Assembly: GCA_963707215.1 (NCBI GenBank)
Contig: CAVPPB010000002.1
Span: 128,001-192,000 of the forward strand
DNA length: 64,000 bases
Direction of reading: 5' to 3'
Origin: an uncultured Chloroflexia bacterium
Lineage (GTDB): Bacteria > Chloroflexota > Limnocylindria > Limnocylindrales > CSP1-4
Part shown: piece by piece, positions 46,047 to 55,369 of the stretch
Position numbering within the stretch: the first letter of the stretch is position 1
How the letters are laid out: each line of letters starts with the position of its first letter
Notes under the pieces: model-generated
What the model saw: the letters and a program-made list of their open reading frames with translations, nothing else
What the model was told of the DNA's origin: nothing
Database searches by the model: none
Program-made: the position numbers and the translations under genes

Positions 46047-47255
46047 CTAGACCGGGGCGCACTCGGCGACGCAATCCTCCGGGCCCACGACGGCCGGCTC
46101 GGCAGCCGGCACGGGCCGCTGCCGTGGCAGCAGGACGAAGGCGGCGACGAAGGCGAGCACGGCGATGATCGCCGTGTAGGTCCCCAGGATCCTGAAGTCG
46201 CCGGCGGCCAGGATCGCCCCCGCGATGGTCGGCGAGATGACCGCCGCCAGGTTCAGGGCGCTGCTGTTGAAGGCCAGGATCGTCCCCCGGGCCCGCGGGT
46301 TGAGCCCGGCCGCGATCGACTGCTGGGCCGGCAGCCCGAACCAGGTCCCGAAGACCCAGACCCCGAAGACCAGGAGCGAGAGGGCGAGGAACGGCGGGGT
46401 CGACGGCAGGATGAAGACCGCCGTCCCGAAGCAGGCGATGGCGATGAGGACCACCTGGCGGGCGCCGAGCCGGGCCGTCAGGCGACCGCTCGTTCGGGCC
46501 GAGATCACGCCGATGGCCCCCAGGACCATGAACACGAAGCCGACCTGGGCCGTGTCCAGCCCGTACGACGACTGGAAGAACTCCCCGACGAAGACGAACA
46601 TCCCGAAGGGGCCCAGGAACCAGACGAAGGTGACCACGAGGACCGACAGGACCGCTCGGTCCCCGATCGCGAGGCGCAGGCCCTCCGTGTAGCCGACGAC
46701 CGCGGAGCCCTTCGGGCGGTCCGCCGGCAGGCGCCAGATCAGGATCAGCGCGACGGCCGAGAGCACGGCTACCGCCAGGAACGTCGCCCGCCAGCTGACG
46801 AGCCCGGCCAGGAAGGCGCCGAGCGGCAGGCCGAGCAGGGCGGCCAGCGGGAAGCCCATGGCCAGGTTCCCCATCGCCCGCGAGCGCTGGGTCGCCGTCG
46901 GCAGGTCGCCCGCGTAGGCGAAGGCCGCCGGCATGACGACCGCCGCGCCGAGCCCGTTGAGGACCCGCATCAGGGCGAGGATCAGGAGGTTCGGGGCGAT
47001 CGCACTGCCCGCGACCGTCACCGCGAAGAAGCCCATCCCGCCGAGCAGCGCCAGGCGACGCCCCAGCCGATCCGACAGCGGCCCGAAGACCGGCGCCAGG
47101 AGCGCGTTCGGCAGGGCGTACGCGCTGACGAGCAGGCCAAGCGCGGCGACCTGCTCGTCGAGCTCCGTCGCGATCGTCGGGATCAGGGCGGCCACGACGT
47201 ACATGTCGATGCCCAGGCAGAACACGGCCAGGAGCAGGGGGATGGTGGACGACAT
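46047..47255 (-). CDS. MFS transporter (DHA1-like)
   Basis: GPLSDRLGRR motif A, LGLPLGAFL, SWRATF; 12 TM. Confidence 0.9.
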   Translation of the reverse strand: MSSTIPLLLAVFCLGIDMYVVAALIPTIATELDEQVAALGLLVSAYALPNALLAPVFGPLSDRLGRRLALLGGMGFFAVTVAGSAIAPNLLILALMRVLNGLGAAVVMPAAFAYAGDLPTATQRSRAMGNLAMGFPLAALLGLPLGAFLAGLVSWRATFLAVAVLSAVALILIWRLPADRPKGSAVVGYTEGLRLAIGDRAVLSVLVVTFVWFLGPFGMFVFVGEFFQSSYGLDTAQVGFVFMVLGAIGVISARTSGRLTARLGARQVVLIAIACFGTAVFILPSTPPFLALSLLVFGVWVFGTWFGLPAQQSIAAGLNPRARGTILAFNSSALNLAAVISPTIAGAILAAGDFRILGTYTAIIAVLAFVAAFVLLPRQRPVPAAEPAVVGPEDCVAECAPV

Positions 47256-47393
47256 CGCCTTCCTCCGCGGGCGGCAGCCCTCGGGTGGGCGAAGGCCGCG
47301 CCGTTCGGAGCGCCGCAGCCAGGGCGAGCTGCCTTTGGCCGATCGTAGGACCGCCGTCAACCGGGCCCCGGTCCGGTCGGAGGAGCCCCTCGG

Positions 47394-49016
47394 TCAGCGA
47401 CCCAGCGGCACCCCGGCCATCCGCTCGGCGATGGCGTCCCGGCGTACCTTCCGGGTGTGGGTCCGGGGATAGTCGGGCTCCGGGAAGGGCGCCCGGCCCA
47501 CGATCCGCTGGTGATCGGCCAGCCGGCGGTTCGCGGCCCGTACCGCCGTCGCCAGGCCGGCGGCCTCGTCCGCGGGCGGGACGCTGAAGGCCGCTCCCTC
47601 CCGGTAGGTCATCGCGATCCGGCCCGAGGCCTCGAAGACGACGGGCTCCACGAGCCCCTCGGCCACCAGGGCCGCCTCGACATCCTCGGGGTGGACGTTC
47701 ATGCCGTTGGGGAGCGCGATCAGCGAGCGCGCCCTCCCGATGAGGCGAAGGGCACCGGACGCATCGAGCTCGCCGATGTCGCCGGTCCGGTACCAGCCAT
47801 CGGCCGTGAAGGCAGCTGCCGTCGCGACGGGGTCGTGCCAATAGCCCGTGAAGACCGAAGGGCCCCGGACGACGACCTCGCCATCCGGTTCGATCCGCAT
47901 CTCGAGGGGCGGCAGGGTCCAGCCGACCCGGTCCACCGGAGTCCGGCCGCGGAAGTTCGTGGTCACCAGGCCGGCCTCGGTGGAGCCGTACCCCTGGACA
48001 ACCTCGACCCCGAGCGCCTCCCAGCTGCGCTGGAGGGTGGGTGACAGGTGGGCGGCCGAGCAGAGCACCAGTCGCAGCTCGCCCCCCAGCGCCTCGTGCA
48101 CCTTGGCGAACAACCGCCGTCGCGCGGCCACCGGCAGGTACGGGGCGATCCGCAAGGCCCGCTGGAACGTGGCGCCGCTGCCGGCTCGCTCGGCCTCCCG
48201 GCGGATCGCCCCGAACAGGAGCTCGAGGACCTGGGGGACGACGACGAGGGCGGTCGCCCGGTGGCCCTTGATGGCGGCCGCGATGACGTCGGGTCGAAGC
48301 GTCGTGATGTACTCGGTCTCGGCGCCGGACGCCACCGCGTACACCAGCCCGGCGACCTGTTCCATGATGTGGGAGAGCGGCAGGATCGAGACGAACCGAT
48401 GGCCGCTCGGCGGGATGGTCACCAGGCAGCGCTCGGTCGACGCGATGAGCATCGCCTGGGTGACCGTGACCCCCTTGGGATCGCCCGTCGAGCCCGACGT
48501 GCAGAGGATCTCGATCGGTTCGTCGGGGCCGGCCGGCTGGCGGGACGCCAGGGCCCGGACCGCCTCGGGACCGGCGGGCTCGACGATCGCGTCGAGGTCG
48601 AGGACCGGCAGGTTCGCGAGCTTGGGACTGGTGACCGGCTCCAGCGTCGCCCCGGTTCCCAGCAGGATCGCCGAGGGTTCCGTCAGCGCCGCGATCCGCT
48701 CGACCGTGTCGGGCGTCATCCGCGCGTCGAGGGGGACGAGGACGACGTTCGCTCGAGCCGCGGCGAACAGCGCGGCCGCGAACCCTGGGCCAGGTGCCCC
48801 CTGCACCAGCACTCGTTCGCCGGGTCGAAGGGCCGCGGCCAGGCGGGCGGCGGCATGCTCCACGGCGACGCCGAAGGCGTCGAGGGACAGCGACTGCTCG
48901 CGGGCAGCGGAGCTGCGGACCCCGAGGAACGGCGCCGTGCCGCCGGTGGCGACGGCGCCCTCGAGGAGCTGCGGCAGCGTCGGTGGGAGCGCCCGCACGG
49001 CGGTGGGATCGGGCAT
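47394..49016 (-). CDS. Long-chain fatty acid-CoA ligase / AMP-binding enzyme
   Basis: TSGSTGDPKGV, LPLSHIME, QGYGSTE, GWYRTGDIG, NGMNVHPEDVE; AAGGAGG RBS. Confidence 0.9.
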   Translation of the reverse strand: MPDPTAVRALPPTLPQLLEGAVATGGTAPFLGVRSSAAREQSLSLDAFGVAVEHAAARLAAALRPGERVLVQGAPGPGFAAALFAAARANVVLVPLDARMTPDTVERIAALTEPSAILLGTGATLEPVTSPKLANLPVLDLDAIVEPAGPEAVRALASRQPAGPDEPIEILCTSGSTGDPKGVTVTQAMLIASTERCLVTIPPSGHRFVSILPLSHIMEQVAGLVYAVASGAETEYITTLRPDVIAAAIKGHRATALVVVPQVLELLFGAIRREAERAGSGATFQRALRIAPYLPVAARRRLFAKVHEALGGELRLVLCSAAHLSPTLQRSWEALGVEVVQGYGSTEAGLVTTNFRGRTPVDRVGWTLPPLEMRIEPDGEVVVRGPSVFTGYWHDPVATAAAFTADGWYRTGDIGELDASGALRLIGRARSLIALPNGMNVHPEDVEAALVAEGLVEPVVFEASGRIAMTYREGAAFSVPPADEAAGLATAVRAANRRLADHQRIVGRAPFPEPDYPRTHTRKVRRDAIAERMAGVPLGR

Positions 49017-49271
49017 CGGCGGGGGCCTCCTTGGTCGACCGCCGGGGCATCCTGGCGGGCGTGCGTCCCGGACGGGTCGGTCGTGCCGGGGACGGCGAGG
49101 ATACCCCGGGGGCCCGGCGGGCGCTCGGGACGGCCTGGGCTCGCGCGGATCCGCGATCGCGCATACCATCCCCCGGACGCCCGGGAGACCCCGGGCCACC
49201 AGGATCGAGGGACGATGACGCTACCGCTACCCGATCGGGACGGCGCCGACCGGCGCCGCGTGTCCTAGCCC

Positions 49272-49712
49272 GTGCGCCGCCGCAAGGTCACCTACCCGCC
49301 GCCCAAGACCGCCACCAGGAAGGCGCCGTCGCCTCTCGGGGCCGCCGATCCCCGGACATCGGCGAACCGAACGGTGGTCTCCATCAACACCGAGGCCATG
49401 CTCGGTCGGGCCGAGATCGGTCTCGGAGACCGGGTCCGGATCCTGAGCGGCCTCTACGAGGGCGAGCTCGCCACGGTCGAGACGGTCGCCAGCGGGGTGA
49501 TCCCCGCGGCGATGGTCCGCACGGACGCCGGGCGGACCAGGCGTGCCAGGACCATCGACCTCGAGCCGCTGCCGCCGGGTTCCGAGGCCCCGCGCGCGCC
49601 CGACGCCCCGGTCGAGGCGGATGCGGCGCCCGCCCCGGTCACCGAGCCGCCCGCCCCGGTCGAGGCGGATGCGGCGCCCGCGCCGGTCTCGAAGGGCGCT
49701 GCCACCTCCTAG
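49272..49712 (+). CDS. Small KOW/SH3-like domain protein with Pro/Ala tail
   Basis: GDRVRILSGLYEGELATV KOW-like motif; basic N-terminus; duplicated APVEADAAPAPV. Confidence 0.6.
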   Translation: MRRRKVTYPPPKTATRKAPSPLGAADPRTSANRTVVSINTEAMLGRAEIGLGDRVRILSGLYEGELATVETVASGVIPAAMVRTDAGRTRRARTIDLEPLPPGSEAPRAPDAPVEADAAPAPVTEPPAPVEADAAPAPVSKGAATS

Positions 49713-49914
49713 CGGCCCGCGGACGCTCGCATCCGTTCCGTTTGTCGGGAAGCCGCTGGGCACCTACACTCGGCGGACCCCGGCTCACTCGTCGACGGCA
49801 CCCTCGTGCTGCGAGATGCCCTGGGGCGGGGGTTCCCTTGATGACGATGGATGGCGTTCCGGGCTGCGCGGCGGTCGCCGCGACGCGTGGCCTCGGCAAG
49901 CGAGCGGGCAGGGC

Positions 49915-50169
49915 ATGAGCCTCGGATGGGCCGTCGCGCTCCTGGGTTGGATGTCGGCCCGCGGCGGGCACCCGACACACCTCCCCGACACGGGAGGGCT
50001 GCCCGCCATCAGAGACGGAGCCTGGGCGGCCTGGGCACAGGCATACCCGGCCGCCGATCACGACCACACGGATACCGGCTACGCCTGCCGGATGCCGGAC
50101 GGCCGAATGGGTCGGGTCCACGCGGTGCTGGCGGATGGCGAATGGACTCTCGTCTGCGCGGTCGCCTGA
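49915..50169 (+). CDS. Hypothetical small protein
   Basis: 84 aa with CRMPDGRMGRV..GEWTLVC two-Cys hairpin; start uncertain. Confidence 0.45.
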   Translation: MSLGWAVALLGWMSARGGHPTHLPDTGGLPAIRDGAWAAWAQAYPAADHDHTDTGYACRMPDGRMGRVHAVLADGEWTLVCAVA

Positions 50170-50194
50170 GCCCGAGGGCCTCGCGGGTCCTCCG

Positions 50195-50686
50195 TCAGCG
50201 GGCCGTGACGGGGGCCACCATCTCGACGACGGGGAACTCGATCACCGTCCTGATCCGCTCGGGCGGGGTGTCCGGCGGGCTGAGGTAGACCTCGCGGGGT
50301 GGTCCGGCGGCCTCGAGGCCGTGCGCCTCGATCCACGCCCCCATGGTCTCGTAGGAGGCCCCGACCGTGTCGTAGGGGCCGACGTGGACGAGGGTCGCGA
50401 ACGTCCCGGCCGGGAGCTCCTGGACACACCAGCCGTCTGGCGCCTCGTCGGTCGCCCGGCCGATCGGGGCGCAGATCTCGATGTCGAACGGCAGGTCGGC
50501 CTGCGGCATGCCGTGGTAGATGACGAACGGCTCGCCCGCCGGCTCGATGCCGCGGGCGCCCAGGTGGCCGTAGACCTCGCCGAACGCGCTTCCCATGACC
50601 CGGCCGATCTCCGAGAGCCGGACCGCGACCCGCTTCGCCATGACGAGGGCAGCTTCTCGCTGCCCGACCTTGACCTCGTGCTCCAC
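50195..50686 (-). CDS. GyrI-like small-molecule-binding domain protein
   Basis: LPAGTFATLVHVGPYD..Y..WIEAHG..GPPREVYL; AAGGAGG RBS before GTG. Confidence 0.9.
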   Translation of the reverse strand: MEHEVKVGQREAALVMAKRVAVRLSEIGRVMGSAFGEVYGHLGARGIEPAGEPFVIYHGMPQADLPFDIEICAPIGRATDEAPDGWCVQELPAGTFATLVHVGPYDTVGASYETMGAWIEAHGLEAAGPPREVYLSPPDTPPERIRTVIEFPVVEMVAPVTAR

Positions 50687-50874
50687 GTGACGCCTCCTTG
50701 CCGGTCCGGTCACTCGACCCACCGGCCGACGGTCCATCTTGGGGCCGGCGGAATGGGCCGACCAGAGTCGTCCGGCTCGAACCGCCGCCCGGCGTTGCCT
50801 CGATGCCGGGCCCGGACTAGGCTGGGGGTTCGGCCGCACCGGCCCGCGTCCCGGTGGCCGAGAGGAGGGCACCC

Positions 50875-51675
50875 ATGGCCGTGACCGACACTCAGCGTAT
50901 CCACGAGCTCCTGGCTCGCTTCAGCGAAGGCGACCCGGGTGCGGTGAGCGAGCTCATCGCCCGGGAGTTCTTCACCTACGATCCCGGCGACGGCGAGGAA
51001 ACGGCTACCGAGGTCTTCGCCCGGTTCGCCGCCGATCTCAAGGCGGCCGCCCCGGACCTGCGGGTCGAGATCCCCGACCTCGACGTCCGGGAGGACGGCC
51101 GGCTCCACGGGACGGCGATCGTGACGGGCACCCACTCGGCGCCGCTCTGGGGCGTTCCACCGAGCGGTCGCCGCCACCGGTTCGAGATCCCGGTCACGTT
51201 CCGGCCCGTCGACGGACGCTACGCCGTCAACCTCGACCTCGCCGTCCCGGCCATCCTGGCGATCCTCCGCGAGCTGGACCTGGTGAACCCGCCGGACCAG
51301 ATGCACCTACCCCCCGCACACCCGGTCGTGATCGACGACTTCATGGTCAAGGTCCTCTTCACCGGCCAGGTCGCCGACAAGCCGTGTCCCCATCTTGCCG
51401 ACGTGCGGGTGACCCGGCCTACGGCCGACCTCTGCGACGACTGCGGTCCCGACGACATCTGGCCGGCGCTCCGGATGTGCCTGACGTGTGGCAACGTCGG
51501 CTGCTGCGACACGTCGACGAACAAGCACGCCAAGGCGCACTGGGAGCAGACCGGCCATCCGCTGATGCGCTCGATCAGGACCGACGAGGCCTGGATCTGG
51601 TGCTACGCCGACAACGCCCTGTTCCAGCGGCGAACGCTGGAGGCGATCGAGTCGCGCCTGGCGGCGGCGTCCTGA
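50875..51675 (+). CDS. SnoaL-like ester cyclase domain fused to a UBP-type zinc finger
   Basis: AAAPDL..TGTH..LWGVPPSGRR N-domain; CPH..CDDC..LRMCLTCGNVGCCD..HAKAH..GHPLMRS..WIWC C-domain; GAGGAGG RBS. Confidence 0.85.
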   Translation: MAVTDTQRIHELLARFSEGDPGAVSELIAREFFTYDPGDGEETATEVFARFAADLKAAAPDLRVEIPDLDVREDGRLHGTAIVTGTHSAPLWGVPPSGRRHRFEIPVTFRPVDGRYAVNLDLAVPAILAILRELDLVNPPDQMHLPPAHPVVIDDFMVKVLFTGQVADKPCPHLADVRVTRPTADLCDDCGPDDIWPALRMCLTCGNVGCCDTSTNKHAKAHWEQTGHPLMRSIRTDEAWIWCYADNALFQRRTLEAIESRLAAAS

Positions 51676-51914
51676 TGGCCTACATGGTCTACCAGCAGTA
51701 CGCCTCGGCGATCCGTGACGCCTATGGACACGGTCGCGATCCGGACGAGCTGCGCAGGCACCTGGCCGAGGCGCGCCGGGCACGAGCCTGGCTGGCCCTG
51801 CTCGAGGTCGACCCGACGATCCGGGCCTCGCTCGTCGAGCCGATGGCTGTCGTCGAGGATGCCTTCGCCGGGCTGCTGGGCAGCGCCGGAACGGACGGCT
51901 CGGTGCGGCGCTGA
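51675..51914 (+). CDS. Hypothetical small helical protein
   Basis: TGATG coupling to the upstream gene; 79 aa; GC-rich third positions. Confidence 0.6.
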   Translation: MAYMVYQQYASAIRDAYGHGRDPDELRRHLAEARRARAWLALLEVDPTIRASLVEPMAVVEDAFAGLLGSAGTDGSVRR

Positions 51915-51930
51915 CGGCGGCCCTGGACCG

Positions 51931-52509
51931 CTACTCGATCGGCATCTCCATCGTCACGCACTCGACCCGGACGCCGTCCGGCAGCTCGATGTCCACGCGC
52001 GCTCCTGCCCGGAAGCCGTAGCGCTCGTACAGCCGGAGACCCGGCAACGTCGCCATCAGCGAGAGCTTGCGGAAGCCTTCGCTTCGAGCCGCTGCCCGGC
52101 AGGCGTCGAGGATCCGCGTTCCCAGGCCGCGGCGTGTCCAGTCGGCACGCACGAACATCGCCCGCACCCGGGCGGCCTCGGACGATGGATCGAGGAGCCG
52201 GACCAGGCCCTCCTGGTCGGCCGATCCGCTGAAGAGCTTGTCCCGCCGGCTCCAGCCCCCACAGGCGACGATCGCGCCATCGGCCTCGAGGACGAAGTAG
52301 GTCCCGTCGTCGATGAGCATCGGGTCGACGTGGGAGATGTGGACGATGCTCGATTCGGTCTGCCGCGCATCGTAGAAGCCCGGGAAGATGTCCCGGATCG
52401 ACGCCTTCATCAGGGCATCGATGGCCTCGGCGTCCGCGGGAGCGGCCATCCGCAGTACCGGCTCGCCCGGTCGCGAGGGTACGGATGTCTCTTCGGGACG
52501 GGACGCCAT
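51931..52509 (-). CDS. GNAT family N-acetyltransferase
   Basis: ACGGWS, RVRAMFVRADWTRRGLG, MATLPG.RLYERYGF. Confidence 0.9.
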   Translation of the reverse strand: MASRPEETSVPSRPGEPVLRMAAPADAEAIDALMKASIRDIFPGFYDARQTESSIVHISHVDPMLIDDGTYFVLEADGAIVACGGWSRRDKLFSGSADQEGLVRLLDPSSEAARVRAMFVRADWTRRGLGTRILDACRAAARSEGFRKLSLMATLPGLRLYERYGFRAGARVDIELPDGVRVECVTMEMPIE

Positions 52510-53056
52510 CCGCGCATCATGGGCGATCGGACGGACGCGAGGAAGCCTCGGGCCGGAGCCGGCCGACGTCGGCACCCCGCCACTGCCGTGTGATGCCGCA
52601 GCGCCCGCGGACATGCGTGACGGGCGGCCCGCGGGCCGCCCGTCACGGTTCCCTCCCTCCGAAGCCGGTCGCCTAGTGGCTCTTCTCGATCCAGCCGAGC
52701 ATGCCGCTGGTCATCAGCCGCCTGGTCCCGTGGGCCGCACGCTCGACCACGGACGCACCGGCGGCGACATCCAGGCTCATGCTCACGACACCCAAGAGAT
52801 GCCGCTGGACCACCGAAGCGATTCAGGGCATCGCGGAGGGGCGCGGGGATCGAGCGCCCGCGGCCGCTACAGGCGATGGGATCACGTACCTAGGGTGTCC
52901 AGATGCGTCCGTCGCGAAACCGCGCGAGCGGCCGTACCCACCCGGGAGGGGGCGCCGGTCGGGAGGGCCGACGGCGCGGTATCGTCCCCCCATGCCGTTC
53001 GCCGTCGCCGACCCGGACGGGCGACCTCCTGGCGCCGCCGCAAGCCTGATCATCCG

Positions 53057-53995
53057 ATGACCGGGCGGTACAAGCTGCGCCTCCGCCGTCCCCGGTTCAC
53101 CGGCGCCACGACCCCGCTGGCGACCCCGCGCCAGAGCGCCGGGCGCCTCGTCGGGCTCGGGCTCGTCGCAGTCGTCATCGCCGTCGTCGTCTGGGTGGGC
53201 ACGACCCAGACGCTGACCGGCCAGCGACTCGCCGACGTCATCCTGTGGGGCCGCTTCGCCGCCGATCTCTCGATCCTCGAGGCCGCCAACGACGCGCTGG
53301 CGCTCGTGGGCCTGACCTCGGCCGTGATCGCCGGCCTGGGGCTGGCCACCATCGCCCTTGCTCATGGTGGCTTCGGGCTGGTCGGCGCCATGACGGTCCT
53401 GCTCGCGGGCGCGAACCTCACGAGCCTCGGCCTGAAGCTCGTCCTCGAGCGCCCGGACCTGCTCGGCAGCGTGGCCTACGCCTTCGGCAACAGCTTCCCG
53501 AGCGGTACGGTCACCCTTGCCGCGTCGATCGGCCTGGCCGCCGTGCTGGTGGTGCCCCGGCGCCTCCGGACGCCGACCGCGGTCCTCGCGGCCGTCCTCG
53601 TCGCCGTGATCGGGGCCAGCACCATCGTGGCCGGCTGGCATCGCCTCGCCGACGTCGTCGGTGCGATCGCGATCGCCCTCGCCTGGGCCTCGCTCGTCGC
53701 CGGCGCCCTCGTCGTCGCCCAGGGCTGGATGCCCCGACGGACCTGGGGACACGGCCGTGGCGGACGGACCGCCCAGGTGATCGGTCTCGTCGGACTCATG
53801 GCCGTGGTCGCAGGCGGTCTCGGTGTCGCCCTCGTGATCGCGGATCAGCCGGGGCTGGCGGAGCTGATCGCCGCCCGGGCCTCCTCGCCGGGTCCGTTCA
53901 TCGCGGCCCTGGCGATCGCCATCGGGACGGCGTTGATCGCGTTCGCTGCGTATGTCTGGGCGATGCGTGGGGTCGCCTTCGAGCTAAAGGGCTGA
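53057..53995 (+). CDS. PAP2 family membrane phosphatase-like protein
   Basis: KLVLERP, NSFPSGT, GWHRLADV motifs; multiple TM. Confidence 0.8.
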   Translation: MTGRYKLRLRRPRFTGATTPLATPRQSAGRLVGLGLVAVVIAVVVWVGTTQTLTGQRLADVILWGRFAADLSILEAANDALALVGLTSAVIAGLGLATIALAHGGFGLVGAMTVLLAGANLTSLGLKLVLERPDLLGSVAYAFGNSFPSGTVTLAASIGLAAVLVVPRRLRTPTAVLAAVLVAVIGASTIVAGWHRLADVVGAIAIALAWASLVAGALVVAQGWMPRRTWGHGRGGRTAQVIGLVGLMAVVAGGLGVALVIADQPGLAELIAARASSPGPFIAALAIAIGTALIAFAAYVWAMRGVAFELKG

Positions 53996-54050
53996 CACGG
54001 AAGAACGGTCGGCGGGACGAAGGCCGACGCGACCCGGCGCGGACACGAGC

Positions 54051-54085
54051 GGACCGGCGGGTCGGTTCCGACGACCTGCCGGTCC
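54051..54085. terminator. Strong 14-bp hairpin downstream of the PAP2 gene
   Basis: GGACCGGCGGGTCG-GTTCCGA-CGACCTGCCGGTCC. Confidence 0.45.
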
Positions 54086-54304
54086 TACTCGATCTCCCGG
54101 CTAAGGAGGACCGAGCGCGGCTCAGCCTACACGGGGTGGCGTCCCCCCGCCACGGTGGCCGGACCCTTGGGGCGTCGCGGGGTCCTTCCGTCCCGCGCCG
54201 TGCCGGCGAACCATGACGTCCGATACTCGCGGCCGGGTGTAGCCTCGAACCGAAGGTCGGCCCGGGCCGACCGATCCGGTGCCACTGCAGCGAGAGACCC
54301 TTTC

Positions 54305-55369
54305 ATGTCGGGACCGACGTTCACTACGACCGCGGAGGCTATCGTGGCGGCCCGCGCGAACCTCGACCCGGCCGAGTGGGACGACCTCATGGGGGGGGCC
54401 GAGAGCGAGACGACCCTCAGGCGGAACCAGCTCGGGTACGACGCGCTCGCCTTCCGTCCTCGGGTCCAGGCGCAGGATGCCCTCGTCGACCCATCGACGA
54501 GCTTCCTGGGCCACGCCCTGCGCATCCCCGTCCTCCTGGGCCCGCTGGGTTCGCCGCAACGCCTGACACCCGATGGGCCGATCGCGCTCGCGCGGGCTGC
54601 CGCGGCGTTCGGAACCGTGCCCTTCGTCAGCACCGCCTCGCGGCCGGACTTCGAGGAGGTCGCCCGCGACGTGGCGGGCCCCCGGATCCTCCACCTGGCG
54701 ATCCGCCAGGGATTCGACTGGTGCGCCGACGTGTTGGCCCGGGCGCGGGCCTCCGGCTACGTCGCCGTGAACCTGACGGTCGGCAGCCCGCGACTCGGGC
54801 GGATGGAGCGACAGGCCGGCGGCGCGCGGCGGGCCAAGCCACCCGAGGACCCGTTCCGCTCGGGGCTGACCTGGGCCGACGTCGACCGGATCCGCGATCT
54901 TGCAGAGCTTCCGCTGATCGTCAAGGGCATCTCGACGGGGGAGGACGCGCGGATCGCGCTCGACCACGGCGTCGACGCGATCTGCGTCTCGAACCACGGC
55001 GGTCGGACCCTCGACCATGCCCAGGCGACGATCGATGCCCTGCCCGAAGTCGTGGACGCGGTCTCCGGCCGGGTCGAGGTGCTGGTGGACGGCGGGGTCA
55101 TGCGGGGATCCGACGTGATCAAGGCCGTGGCCCTTGGGGCCCGGGCGACGACCATCGGCAAGCTCGAGGGCATCGGCCTCGCGGCGGGCGGCGAAGCCGG
55201 ACTCGTCTCCGTGCTCGAGATCCTGGAGGACGAGATCGTGACGGCCATGGAGCTGCTCGGGGTCGCCGGCCTCGTCGAACTGACCCCCGAGCATCTCCGG
55301 CCGGCCCGACCGGTCCGCTTCCCCCGCGACCTCGGCGGCTTCCCGACCCTGGTGGAGTCGAGCCGATGA
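54305..55369 (+). CDS. FMN-dependent alpha-hydroxy acid oxidase family protein A
   Basis: GGAESETTLRRN, FRPRV, PLIVKGI, VSNHGGRTLD, DGGVMRGSDVIKAVALGA. Confidence 0.9.
   Translation: MSGPTFTTTAEAIVAARANLDPAEWDDLMGGAESETTLRRNQLGYDALAFRPRVQAQDALVDPSTSFLGHALRIPVLLGPLGSPQRLTPDGPIALARAAAAFGTVPFVSTASRPDFEEVARDVAGPRILHLAIRQGFDWCADVLARARASGYVAVNLTVGSPRLGRMERQAGGARRAKPPEDPFRSGLTWADVDRIRDLAELPLIVKGISTGEDARIALDHGVDAICVSNHGGRTLDHAQATIDALPEVVDAVSGRVEVLVDGGVMRGSDVIKAVALGARATTIGKLEGIGLAAGGEAGLVSVLEILEDEIVTAMELLGVAGLVELTPEHLRPARPVRFPRDLGGFPTLVESSR

Noticed and set aside
49605-49688. 48-bp-period duplication in the KOW-like gene
   Set aside because: Ordinary low-complexity Pro/Ala tail expansion.
52510-53056. 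Riboswitch or small gene in the 550-bp intergenic region (GCGAAACCGCGCGAGCGG resembles part of c-di-GMP-I)
   Set aside because: The rest of the consensus (GACGCAAAGCC) is missing, and no ORF with an RBS or recognisable motif was found.
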